Of a stretch of 64,000 nt of DNA, positions 46,403 to 53,772 are shown one piece after another. Position 1 is the stretch's first letter; the number at the start of each line of letters is the position of its first letter. Position numbers and translations under genes: made by a program. The notes beneath the pieces were generated by a model. The model saw nothing but the letters and a program-made list of their open reading frames with translations, searched no databases and was not told the DNA's origin. The stretch is from an uncultured Verrucomicrobiae bacterium (GTDB lineage Bacteria > Verrucomicrobiota > Verrucomicrobiia > Opitutales > Opitutaceae), in contig CAVVGS010000016.1 in assembly GCA_963747795.1 (NCBI GenBank), positions 13,805 through 77,804 on the forward strand, given 5' to 3'.

Positions 46403-48060
46403 GACGCCGGACCGTCTGGCCGGTGGCGCTGGCCGCCCTGCTGGCGGCCTTCTGCGCCGGCTGCATGCGCCGGGAAACCCAGGTCCAGCGCGCCGACCAC
46501 GACCAGGTGCTCCTGCGCGGAATCGGGTACGAGGTGGCCGACATCGACCCCCAGCTCGGAACCGGCACCGCGGAACAGGCCGTGATCTCGGGGCTTTTCG
46601 AAGGGCTGGTGACCGAGGATCCCCGCGACCTGCATCCCGTGCCGGGCGTCGCGTACCGCTGGGATGTTTCCCCGGACGGGCTCACCTACACTTTCTTCCT
46701 CCGCCCCGGCGCGCGCTGGTCAAACGGCAGGCCCGTGACGGCGGCGGATTTCGTCCAGTCCTGGAAGCGAATGCTCTCCCCGTCGTTTGCGGCCGACAAC
46801 GCGAACCTGTTCTACGTCATCCAGGGCGCGGAGGCCTACAACAAGGGCGCATCAAAGGATTTCACTCGCGTGGGCGTGGAGGCCCTGGGAGAGCGCACGC
46901 TGCGCGTCGCCCTCGAGCACCCGGCTCCGCACTTCCTGTCGCTTTTGACCCATTGGTCCTTCTGCCCCGTTCCGGTCGATGTGATCGCAAGCCAGGGTCC
47001 GCTGGACAGGCGCGGCAATCCATGGGCGAGCCCGGGCCATCTTGTCGGCAACGGGCCCTTCCTCCTTTCGGCCTGGGAACCGAACAAGGTCATCGTTCTC
47101 GCAAAGTCGCCGACCTACTGGGACGCCGCGCATGTGTCGTTGAAGGGCATCCGATTGTTCCCGATGGACAGCCTCGACGCCGAGGAGCGGGAGTTTCGCG
47201 CGGGCCAGCTGCACCTGACCGACGCCCTGCCCGTGGGACGGGTCGACGCCTATCGATCCGGCGGCCCTGAAGTTCGGCCATTCCTCCGGATCGATCCCTA
47301 CCTCGGCACCTATTTCTACCGTATCAACACCTCGCGCGCCTACCTGAGGGATCCGCTCATCCGAAAGGCCCTTGCCCTGGCGGTCGATCGCCGCGCGATC
47401 GTGGAAAAAATCCTGCGCGGCGGCCAGCAGATCGCCGAGGCGCTGACGCCGCCTGGAATCGACGGGTACGAGCCGCCTCCGGGGCTTTCAACCGACTTTG
47501 CCGAGGCCCGCCGCCTCCTCGCCTCAGCCGGATACCCAGGTGGCAGGGGGCTGCCGCCATTCGAGCTTTTGTTCAATGATTCGGAAAACCACCGCCTGAT
47601 CGCGGAGGCGGTCCAGGAGATGTGGAGGCGCGAGCTTGGAATCGAGGTGCGCCTCGTCAACGAGGACCTGAAATCCGTCCTGGGCGCCCGCCGAACGGGC
47701 GACTACCAGATCATGCGCTCGTCGTGGATAGCGGACTACGAGGATCCCGGCTCCTTCCTGGACGTCTGGCGCAGCGGAAGCGGCGACAATTTCACCGGCT
47801 GGTCGAGTCCCGACTACGACGCGCTCCTCTTCGCAGCAGGGCGGACGCCGGATGCCGCATCGCGCCGGGCACTTTTTCGGAAGGCGGAGAGCCTGCTCCT
47901 CCAGGCGGTTCCAATCATTCCCATTTATTACTACACGCATGTCTTTCTGAAGCAGTCCTCCGTCCAAGGCTGGTATCCGAACCTGCTGGACCATCACCCG
48001 TACAAGTACGTCAGCCTCGAGGTCGTTCCCCCCTCCCCGCCCGCGGCCGGGACACCCTAG
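46399..48060 (+). CDS. ABC transporter substrate-binding protein, family 5 (peptide/nickel type)
   Basis: 553-aa lipoprotein-like N-terminus (LLAAFCAGC). The length and sequence style fit OppA/DppA-like SBPs. Its ATG overlaps the ispF stop. Confidence 0.8.
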   Translation: MRRRTVWPVALAALLAAFCAGCMRRETQVQRADHDQVLLRGIGYEVADIDPQLGTGTAEQAVISGLFEGLVTEDPRDLHPVPGVAYRWDVSPDGLTYTFFLRPGARWSNGRPVTAADFVQSWKRMLSPSFAADNANLFYVIQGAEAYNKGASKDFTRVGVEALGERTLRVALEHPAPHFLSLLTHWSFCPVPVDVIASQGPLDRRGNPWASPGHLVGNGPFLLSAWEPNKVIVLAKSPTYWDAAHVSLKGIRLFPMDSLDAEEREFRAGQLHLTDALPVGRVDAYRSGGPEVRPFLRIDPYLGTYFYRINTSRAYLRDPLIRKALALAVDRRAIVEKILRGGQQIAEALTPPGIDGYEPPPGLSTDFAEARRLLASAGYPGGRGLPPFELLFNDSENHRLIAEAVQEMWRRELGIEVRLVNEDLKSVLGARRTGDYQIMRSSWIADYEDPGSFLDVWRSGSGDNFTGWSSPDYDALLFAAGRTPDAASRRALFRKAESLLLQAVPIIPIYYYTHVFLKQSSVQGWYPNLLDHHPYKYVSLEVVPPSPPAAGTP

Positions 48061-48156
48061 TCCGGTGCGCGAGAGCCTGCACCTGCCCCCCGATCGACGG
48101 CGATTTTTCCTTGCTCCCGCCCCCCCACGCCCTTGAGTTAACCCTCCTGCTTTTGG

Positions 48157-48233
48157 GGACCCTTAGCTCAGTTGGTTAGAGCGTTTCCTTGACATGGAAA
48201 AGGTCGCTGGTTCGAGCCCAGTAGGGTCCACCA
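48157..48233 (+). tRNA. tRNA-Val (anticodon GAC), CCA encoded
   Basis: Manual cloverleaf:
- Acceptor GGACCCT/AGGGTCC.
- D arm GCTC..GAGC.
- Anticodon stem TTTCC/GGAAA with loop TTGACAT.
- Variable loop AGGTC.
- T arm GCTGG-TTCGAGC-CCAGT.
- Discriminator A plus CCA. Confidence 0.9.
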
Positions 48234-48290
48234 TCGATCGCGATGCGATCGATGCCGCGCCGTAGCCCACAGGCGGAGGCGGGCTGGCCG
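48217..48290 (+). repeat. Direct repeat R1 (tRNA-Val 3' end plus ~57 nt downstream; attL-like)
   Basis: cccagtagggtccaccatcgatcgcgatgcgatcgatgccgcgccgtagccca... recurs at 52424-52497 with very few mismatches over the first ~60 nt. Confidence 0.85.
48232..48254. repeat. Palindrome immediately after the tRNA CCA end
   Basis: catcgatcgc-gat-gcgatcgatg is a perfect 10-bp inverted repeat. It is duplicated inside R3 at about 52439-52461. Confidence 0.7.
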
Positions 48291-48334
48291 TTACGGGGTC
48301 GAGTCGTTACGGCGGCTCAACGCCAAAGTTACGG
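48290..48334 (+). repeat. Three direct GTTACGG boxes
   Basis: GTTACGG occurs at 48290-48296, 48306-48312 and 48328-48334. These lie at the tRNA-proximal edge of the islet, just past the AbiEi stop. Confidence 0.5.
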
Positions 48335-48335
48335 C

Positions 48336-48938
48336 TCAGGACCGCAGCTCAGCCATGCGTTTTGCGACGAAGGCCTGGCGGCTCTTGCCGTGGATCTTGT
48401 CGATCCATTTCAGGATCTCGCCCCATCGAAACGCCCGAGGCAGCTCGATTTCAGGCAGCCGAGTGAAAAGCCGGGACTTCGATGGGCCAAGGTAAAACAG
48501 ATCGAAGAGCGCCTTTTCAGCCGTCGCCATCTTGACGCCATTGTCGTCGACCGTGAACCCTCCGAACAAGGCCGCCGGGATTCGATGAAGCGAGACGGTG
48601 CCGAGAGGGGTATTGATTCGCCGGCCCCGGCCGGGCGTAACCGCGTAGACAACGGATGGCATTTGCTCGATGAGACCGCGTTTGAAAAGAGCCGATTGGA
48701 GGGAAACATAGGCCGGATACGGGGCGGCAAGTTGCTCGACGAGCCGATCCTTGCCTAATCTGTCGTCCGCAGCCCATAAACCCCGGGAGACGCGGAGAAT
48801 CAGCCCGCTTCGGGCAAGCCGGGCGAGCAGGACCGACGCATTCGCCGGGCTGACGTCCAGAAGCGCGGCGATGTCTCTCGTTTCAAAGCCGGGGACTCCG
48901 AGGGCGCGAATCTTGCGCAATGCCTCGATTTGGTTCAT
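48336..48938 (-). CDS. AbiEi-family antitoxin / transcriptional regulator (type IV TA)
   Basis: N-terminal wHTH-like FETRDIAALLDVSPANASVLLARLARSGLILRVSRGLW and a C-terminal domain typical of AbiEi_4-like proteins. Its ATG overlaps the stop of the upstream AbiEii gene. Confidence 0.65.
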   Translation of the reverse strand: MNQIEALRKIRALGVPGFETRDIAALLDVSPANASVLLARLARSGLILRVSRGLWAADDRLGKDRLVEQLAAPYPAYVSLQSALFKRGLIEQMPSVVYAVTPGRGRRINTPLGTVSLHRIPAALFGGFTVDDNGVKMATAEKALFDLFYLGPSKSRLFTRLPEIELPRAFRWGEILKWIDKIHGKSRQAFVAKRMAELRS

Positions 48939-49693
48939 CGACCGAGCTCCTCCAGAACCCTCACAACCTCCTCCTGCAGCGACTCCCATACTTGGCGCTT
49001 GCCGTAGTAGTCCTGGTACTCGGCAGCCAGGTAGGCGCGGACCTGTCCCGAAAAGTCGTCAAACCCAATGGTCATTGCATTCTCGATCGCCCTTGGGATT
49101 TCCCCGGCCACACTGGGGGGCAGCTTTCCCTTTCCGGCGCCGCCTTCGATAAGCAGCTTCAAGTCGAAGATGTCACGCGCCTGGGTCGCGCTCCGGCGGC
49201 TCAGCGCAACGATCTTCTGGCGGAAGGCGGCCTCGCGGGAGTAATGTTGCGCAAGGATGGGATAGAGTTCGTACGTCCGGATGACCTCGCCGTCCACCGC
49301 TTCAAGAGGATGATCGGAGTCGAGCCCGGGTCGTCGGGAAAACTCGATCTTGGTCGGAAGGGCTTCGCCGCCCTCAAGGCGGATTCCCATCTTCCAACGC
49401 TGGGTCGTGTCAGTTTGCTTGGCCGCCGTTACATGCTCTATTTCCATCTGCTTCGCGCGGAGCGCCTGCTTCATGGCCGGAGACCCCAGGACCGTGTCCA
49501 CATTCTCGCGCAGCGTGAAAGCCTCCATCCCGTGAACATCGAAATCGATATCCGCCGAGTAGCGGATGCTGCGGCAGAAGAAACGGAGGTTGCAGCCGCC
49601 TTTGATCACAAAACGGGCCTTGTCCACCCGCCGGCCGAATTGCGCCACGAACAGCAGGTGGAAGATCTCAATGGCCTGGCGCTCGTTCCACAT
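48935..49693 (-). CDS. AbiEii/AbiGii-family nucleotidyltransferase toxin (DUF1814-like)
   Basis: VIKGGCNLRFF...RYSADIDFDV motif typical of AbiEii nucleotidyltransferases, at 252 aa. Confidence 0.7.
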   Translation of the reverse strand: MWNERQAIEIFHLLFVAQFGRRVDKARFVIKGGCNLRFFCRSIRYSADIDFDVHGMEAFTLRENVDTVLGSPAMKQALRAKQMEIEHVTAAKQTDTTQRWKMGIRLEGGEALPTKIEFSRRPGLDSDHPLEAVDGEVIRTYELYPILAQHYSREAAFRQKIVALSRRSATQARDIFDLKLLIEGGAGKGKLPPSVAGEIPRAIENAMTIGFDDFSGQVRAYLAAEYQDYYGKRQVWESLQEEVVRVLEELGR

Positions 49694-49859
49694 GCGGGAG
49701 ATCGTTCGTCATTAATGCTCGCTGTCAACACTAATGTTAATTCGTAACTATTATCAATTCAAACCCTGAGAGACTTCCGCCTGGACAGCAGGCCGCGCAT
49801 GCCCAGCGGGTTATTCACCGTTAGTTGCCTCCTGTTGCGGCATCCTCGCCGGCTGGATT

Positions 49860-50579
49860 TTACTTCCTATGCCCGCCGCCCCCACCTCCACCACTGTGCC
49901 CGCCTCCTCCGCCGCCGTGGCCTCCGCCTCCGCCGCTTGGCGGGCGCGAATTGTGCGGGATGGAAGGAACCCCGCCCCCGTGCTCCGGGGAGTGCCCATT
50001 CTGCCGCATCGGGGGTTGGGATATTCCACTGCCGCCATAATCCACTTTCTCAATAGGTTCACTGTCGTCAAAATGTTCCTGGGTGAGAGTCTTCCATTCA
50101 CTGACAAGCACGGGATTTCCCGCCCCTCCCATCTCATCCCAGATGCCAATGTCGAACAAAAGATTGCCATTGGTCGTCGCAGGCAGCGGATAGGGATAAA
50201 CTGAGCCAGTGATCCGGTACGAATGGTTGGCCAGGAACTCGGCGGTGCCGGGACTTTCGCAATCCCAAGTGTCGTAGGCATCGTCGATCCACCAGGCATA
50301 CAGCCCGAGGTCATGCTTTCCAGGCGAAAGATAAACATCGGGAGCGACCTTATGGGGCGCGTTCAAATAAAGCCCGTCGACTTTTTCGACGACCACTGCG
50401 ATCGAGGTGGAGGATTGCGATGGACCGGCAACGCTTGGCGTGTCCGCCAGACTCGCCGAGTCATTTTGCTGCAAATTTGCATACTGCGGCAGACGCAACA
50501 ACGAGGTGGCACATCCAACGATCCCCGTCGTCAACGCAAAGAAAAGAACAGCATGTAAGCGACGTCGGCCCGCTTTCAT
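49860..50579 (-). CDS. Lipoprotein with Gly/His-rich C-terminal tail
   Basis: Lipobox LTTGIVGC after MKAGRRRLHAVLFFA. The C-terminus is SGGGGGHGGGGGGHSGGGGGGGHRK. Its ATG overlaps the stop of the upstream VOC gene. GC is visibly lower than in the core genes. Confidence 0.6.
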   Translation of the reverse strand: MKAGRRRLHAVLFFALTTGIVGCATSLLRLPQYANLQQNDSASLADTPSVAGPSQSSTSIAVVVEKVDGLYLNAPHKVAPDVYLSPGKHDLGLYAWWIDDAYDTWDCESPGTAEFLANHSYRITGSVYPYPLPATTNGNLLFDIGIWDEMGGAGNPVLVSEWKTLTQEHFDDSEPIEKVDYGGSGISQPPMRQNGHSPEHGGGVPSIPHNSRPPSGGGGGHGGGGGGHSGGGGGGGHRK

Positions 50580-51193
50580 GGCTTCTCCTTCGCAGCTTCG
50601 GCATCGTCCAATTCGACCATACCAAGGTGAGCGCCCGAAGGGTCGGCGATGACAGCGCGCCAGTATTCCGCCGGAGCATCGGAAGGCGGCAAAAGCACCC
50701 GTCCGCCCAAGCTGACAGCCCGGGCGACTGCGTCCTTGACGCTCGCCACCCGGACGAAGAGGAGCCATGCCGGATGCGCCTTTGGCCGGGATGAGACGGC
50801 CGCCACGGCCGCCCGCGAATAGCCACCGCTGGCAAGGATGAACTCATTTGGCCGCTTGGCGCGGGTGTCCGAAAGCCGGTTGTAGCCGACGACCGTCTGG
50901 TAATACTCGCCTGCCGCGGCAGGATCGCGGGAAAACAGCTCCGCCCACGCCCAGTCTCCGGGTTCGGGCAGGTATTCCCCAGGATCTCCCGAATCCGAAT
51001 GCATCAAACCCAGGAGCGCCCCGTCCGCGTCGCTGAAAATAGCCTGCGTTCCGCGGTTGGCATGCTCCTTCGCAGGGAGAAAGACGCGCCCTCCCTTGGC
51101 AATTGCCGCGGCAAGAGCCTTGGGCACGTCGGGGACTGAGACATAGCCTACCCACCGTCCGTGAACTTGATCCTTCATCCGGGCCGGGCGCAT
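50576..51193 (-). CDS. VOC (glyoxalase/bleomycin-resistance fold) protein, probably 5'-truncated
   Basis: The second beta-alpha-beta-beta-beta module is complete (WAWAELFSRD...GGRVLLPP...ADPSGAHLGMVE). The first module lacks its N-terminal half. The ORF starts about 30 nt from the repeat unit at 51224. Confidence 0.55.
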   Translation of the reverse strand: MRPARMKDQVHGRWVGYVSVPDVPKALAAAIAKGGRVFLPAKEHANRGTQAIFSDADGALLGLMHSDSGDPGEYLPEPGDWAWAELFSRDPAAAGEYYQTVVGYNRLSDTRAKRPNEFILASGGYSRAAVAAVSSRPKAHPAWLLFVRVASVKDAVARAVSLGGRVLLPPSDAPAEYWRAVIADPSGAHLGMVELDDAEAAKEKP

Positions 51194-51223
51194 GCGTCAA
51201 ATCCTAGACAGGCGCCCGCCTCG

Positions 51224-51335
51224 CCCGCCGTTTGCCTTCAGTCACTCGGCTGCGTTTCTCTGGGAAAAACCCGCCCCAAATCCGCCCCAAAACTTCTCTT
51301 CACAGGAAGCTGTTAGACCCCAGCATGGTCCACCA
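51224..51335 (+). repeat. Repeat unit U2 plus partial tRNA-end copy R2
   Basis: gtcactcggctgcgtttctctgggaaaaacccgccccaaatccgccccaaaa....agaccccagcatggtccacca is homologous to 52329-52440. It ends with a 17-nt tRNA 3'-end-like segment. Confidence 0.75.
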
Positions 51336-51577
51336 AGCTATTATTCTTTAACAACTTCCAGTTTCAAATATTAATTGGAAAATGGCCTTTTGCAAGAACA
51401 AGCGGGCCTAACCGCGGCACTCAGCCAAAAACACTATTGAGCGGGCAATTCCCGGGTCTAGTCCAAAGTTTGAGGACTGGGGTATTTTTGGAAGGAAGGT
51501 TATGTTGCAGGGAAGGGCCAAGCACTTAGCGCTCGCCCGTTTAAGGAGGATTGCCGTTCGACTTACTTTTCCTTTGC

Positions 51578-51599
51578 TTTTACTTTTTTAAAAGTAAAA
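51578..51599. promoter_or_regulatory. Perfect palindrome upstream of vapB (candidate operator)
   Basis: ttttactttt-tt-aaaagtaaaa, ending 9 nt before the vapB ATG. A half-site-like cttactttt lies at 51562-51570 in an AT-rich region. Confidence 0.5.
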
Positions 51600-51607
51600 C
51601 TTTTCTC

Positions 51608-51856
51608 ATGGTAAAAACTAACCTTAGCAGCAAAGGACAGGTCACGATTCCCCTGTCCTTCCGCAAGCGTATGAACCTGATTGGAACACAGACCGTGGAA
51701 CTCGATCAATTGGCCGACGGGGCGGTGGTCTTGCGTCCGGTGCCGAGCATCCTTGCTTTGGCCGGCGGTCTTAAGCCGGCCCAGCGTATTCTTTCGTCCA
51801 AAGAAGAACGGAAACGGGCTCATGAACTCATGGCTCGGCGTTCGTCGAAGCCGTGA
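51608..51856 (+). CDS. AbrB/MazE/SpoVT-type antitoxin (VapB-like)
   Basis: MVKTNLSSKGQVTIPLSFRKRMNL swapped-hairpin motif, 82 aa, overlapping the downstream PIN gene. Confidence 0.75.
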   Translation: MVKTNLSSKGQVTIPLSFRKRMNLIGTQTVELDQLADGAVVLRPVPSILALAGGLKPAQRILSSKEERKRAHELMARRSSKP

Positions 51857-52281
51857 AACCCAGGTTCATCCTCGATACCAACGTCCTCATCCGGTTTTTT
51901 ACCGGGGATGACGAAGGGCAATCAGCAAAGGCCCGCCACCTCTTTGCCGCGGCCGAAAACGGGGAATGCGAGCTTGTCGTTCGCCCCTGGGTGGTTGCAG
52001 AGGCGGTGTATGTCTTGGCCGGGGTGTACGGGCTCGAGCGATCGCAGGTAGTGGATCGCCTCCGGCGCCTCATCCGATCGGCCGGCGTCGTCGCGGACGA
52101 CGAGGACTGCCTCTTGGACGCTTTGACCCGATTCGAGACAAAGAAGGTGGATTTTGCGGACGCGCTCCTCGCCGCTGAGTCCGTCGCGCGGGGTATCAGG
52201 CCAGCTTCCTTTGACAAGGATCTCGATAAGTTCGCCGACGTGAAACGACTTGAGCCAGGCCAACTCCCTAGCGCCGAGTGA
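51853..52281 (+). CDS. PIN-domain toxin (VapC-like)
   Basis: FILDTNVLIRFF first acidic motif, with later conserved acidic positions (AEAVYVL, DFADALL). The GTG start overlaps the antitoxin stop. Confidence 0.75.
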   Translation: MKPRFILDTNVLIRFFTGDDEGQSAKARHLFAAAENGECELVVRPWVVAEAVYVLAGVYGLERSQVVDRLRRLIRSAGVVADDEDCLLDALTRFETKKVDFADALLAAESVARGIRPASFDKDLDKFADVKRLEPGQLPSAE

Positions 52282-52328
52282 GGGACTGAAGAACTGCTCA
52301 GGCCCAGGAACATCATGGCGGCGGCAAA

Positions 52329-52423
52329 TCCGCCGTTCGTTTTTTGTCACTCAGCCGCGTTACTTTGGGAAAAACACGCCCCAAAGCCGCCCCAAAGCGG
52401 CGTTTCATAGGGAAATGATAGAC
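52329..52423 (+). repeat. Repeat unit U3 (homologous to U2), immediately upstream of R3
   Basis: gtcactcagccgcgttactttgggaaaaacacgccccaaagccgccccaaag... carries the same tandem CGCCCCAAA boxes as U2. Confidence 0.75.
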
Positions 52424-52497
52424 CCCAGCAGGGTCCACCATCGATCGCGATGCGATCGATGCCGCGCCGCAGCCCAGCGGGCTGAGGCGGGCTGCCG
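52424..52497 (+). repeat. Direct repeat R3 (attR-like copy of the tRNA-Val 3' end and downstream sequence)
   Basis: cccagcagggtccaccatcgatcgcgatgcgatcgatgccgcgccgcagccca..., including the 39-nt identical block gggtccacca...gccgcgccg. Confidence 0.85.
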
Positions 52498-52504
52498 AAT
52501 CGGG

Positions 52505-53329
52505 CTAGAACGGCAAAATGTAGGCCTCGAATAGCATCGTCGCCGAGCTGCCAGCCCGGAACTGGGCGGTATAACATCCGGGACTCAGCGGGACCAGAAG
52601 AACTCCCTCGTCCGATCCGGTTTTCAATGGGAAGGCTCCGACAAGAGAAAAGACGGTCTGGTAGCCGCCCGCGAGATTGGGGTCTGAACTCCACACCGAC
52701 GATGTGCCCTGGACCGCCTGCGTCGAATCGTACAGCGTGAACGACGGACTCGACACAGTGGGGGACACCCCGAAGATGCTGAGGCTCGAACCGCTCGCCC
52801 GAAGGAGCACCCATCGCGGGCCGCCCGATTGAACGACGAAGCCGCAAGTGCCCGTGCTTCCGGCCAGCTGGCTGAGATTCGAAACGTTGCATGCGCCGTT
52901 AGTGGTCTGCTTCGGATATAACGTGAATGCTGTAAAGGGACGTCCACCCAACGCTTCGCCCGAAGGAAGCGAATTGGCACCGGAATTCGCCGTATAGAAG
53001 TACAGCCAGTCGTCTTGGAGTGGACCTGTCCCGCCGTCGTACTGGATTCCCGCACGGAAGGTCTGCTGCGGATCGACAACGTACGTGAACGTTCCCGTGC
53101 GCGTGGGCACGGTTACACCATTGATCACCGAATTGATTTCGACGTACGTTTTATCCGCATTGTACAACATCAGCCGCGATCCGCTCCCGTAACCCGGTTC
53201 AAGGTAGGAGTAATAAATCAGGCATGGTGGGAGAGGAACAGGAGCAGGCGCAGTTACTTGAGAATAACATTGCGCCACCAGCGTCACGGCCAAGGCCGGC
53301 GCACCAAATGCACGTTTCTCGAATTTCAT
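52505..53329 (-). CDS. Secreted hypothetical protein (beta-rich)
   Basis: Signal peptide MKFEKRAFGAPALAVTLVAQC, Ser/Thr/Gly-rich, no catalytic motif recognised. The ORF is open further upstream to 53575, so the start is uncertain. Confidence 0.5.
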   Translation of the reverse strand: MKFEKRAFGAPALAVTLVAQCYSQVTAPAPVPLPPCLIYYSYLEPGYGSGSRLMLYNADKTYVEINSVINGVTVPTRTGTFTYVVDPQQTFRAGIQYDGGTGPLQDDWLYFYTANSGANSLPSGEALGGRPFTAFTLYPKQTTNGACNVSNLSQLAGSTGTCGFVVQSGGPRWVLLRASGSSLSIFGVSPTVSSPSFTLYDSTQAVQGTSSVWSSDPNLAGGYQTVFSLVGAFPLKTGSDEGVLLVPLSPGCYTAQFRAGSSATMLFEAYILPF

Positions 53330-53772
53330 GGCAAACTGAGCGCCATCATACTCGATACGACAAACTATCCCTCCAAACCCGCTACTTAAGATGAAGCGTC
53401 GACCATGCCATTCCCTGGAAGGTGGTCTGACGCCCAAGGGCTCGAAACCGAGTCCGTCAGGACGTCTGGCTCGAAGTCCGTCGCTGGTCAGGATGGCAAG
53501 GGCGGTGCGCCGGCCCAGGTTCACAGCCATATAATCGCCATCACGGCAGCTCGGAACGGAAGGAAGGAAGTTCATCGCAAGATCGATGCGCTAGTCCGTC
53601 AGCTTGAAGAAGAAAACATTCCGTAAAACGGGCGAATCATCCGACCTCGGCCCTCCGCCCGTCACTCGTGCCGATTGATTCGCCTTCACATGATCCGCGA
53701 ACATCGAGGATCGGACTGGATGGCCAGAAGGGCGGCATGAGATCGCAAGTTGAGCCGCCTGCGGAGACCGGA

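Larger units (their letters stand above)
48234..52497. mobile_element. Putative degenerate integrative islet(s) at tRNA-Val (no integrase detected)
   Basis: Bounded by direct repeats R1 and R3, with an internal partial copy R2. It has lower-GC and AT-rich stretches, two toxin-antitoxin modules and a truncated gene. Confidence 0.5.

Noticed and set aside
49825-50040. Proline-rich plus-strand ORF (PPPPPPPLCPPPPPPWPPPPP)
   Set aside because: It is the reverse-strand reading of the Gly-rich tail of the lipoprotein gene and has no independent support.
48234-53772. Integrase, excisionase or transposase gene within or next to the tRNA-Val islet
   Set aside because: No ORF on either strand shows tyrosine or serine recombinase or DDE motifs, so the islet is reported as integrase-less.
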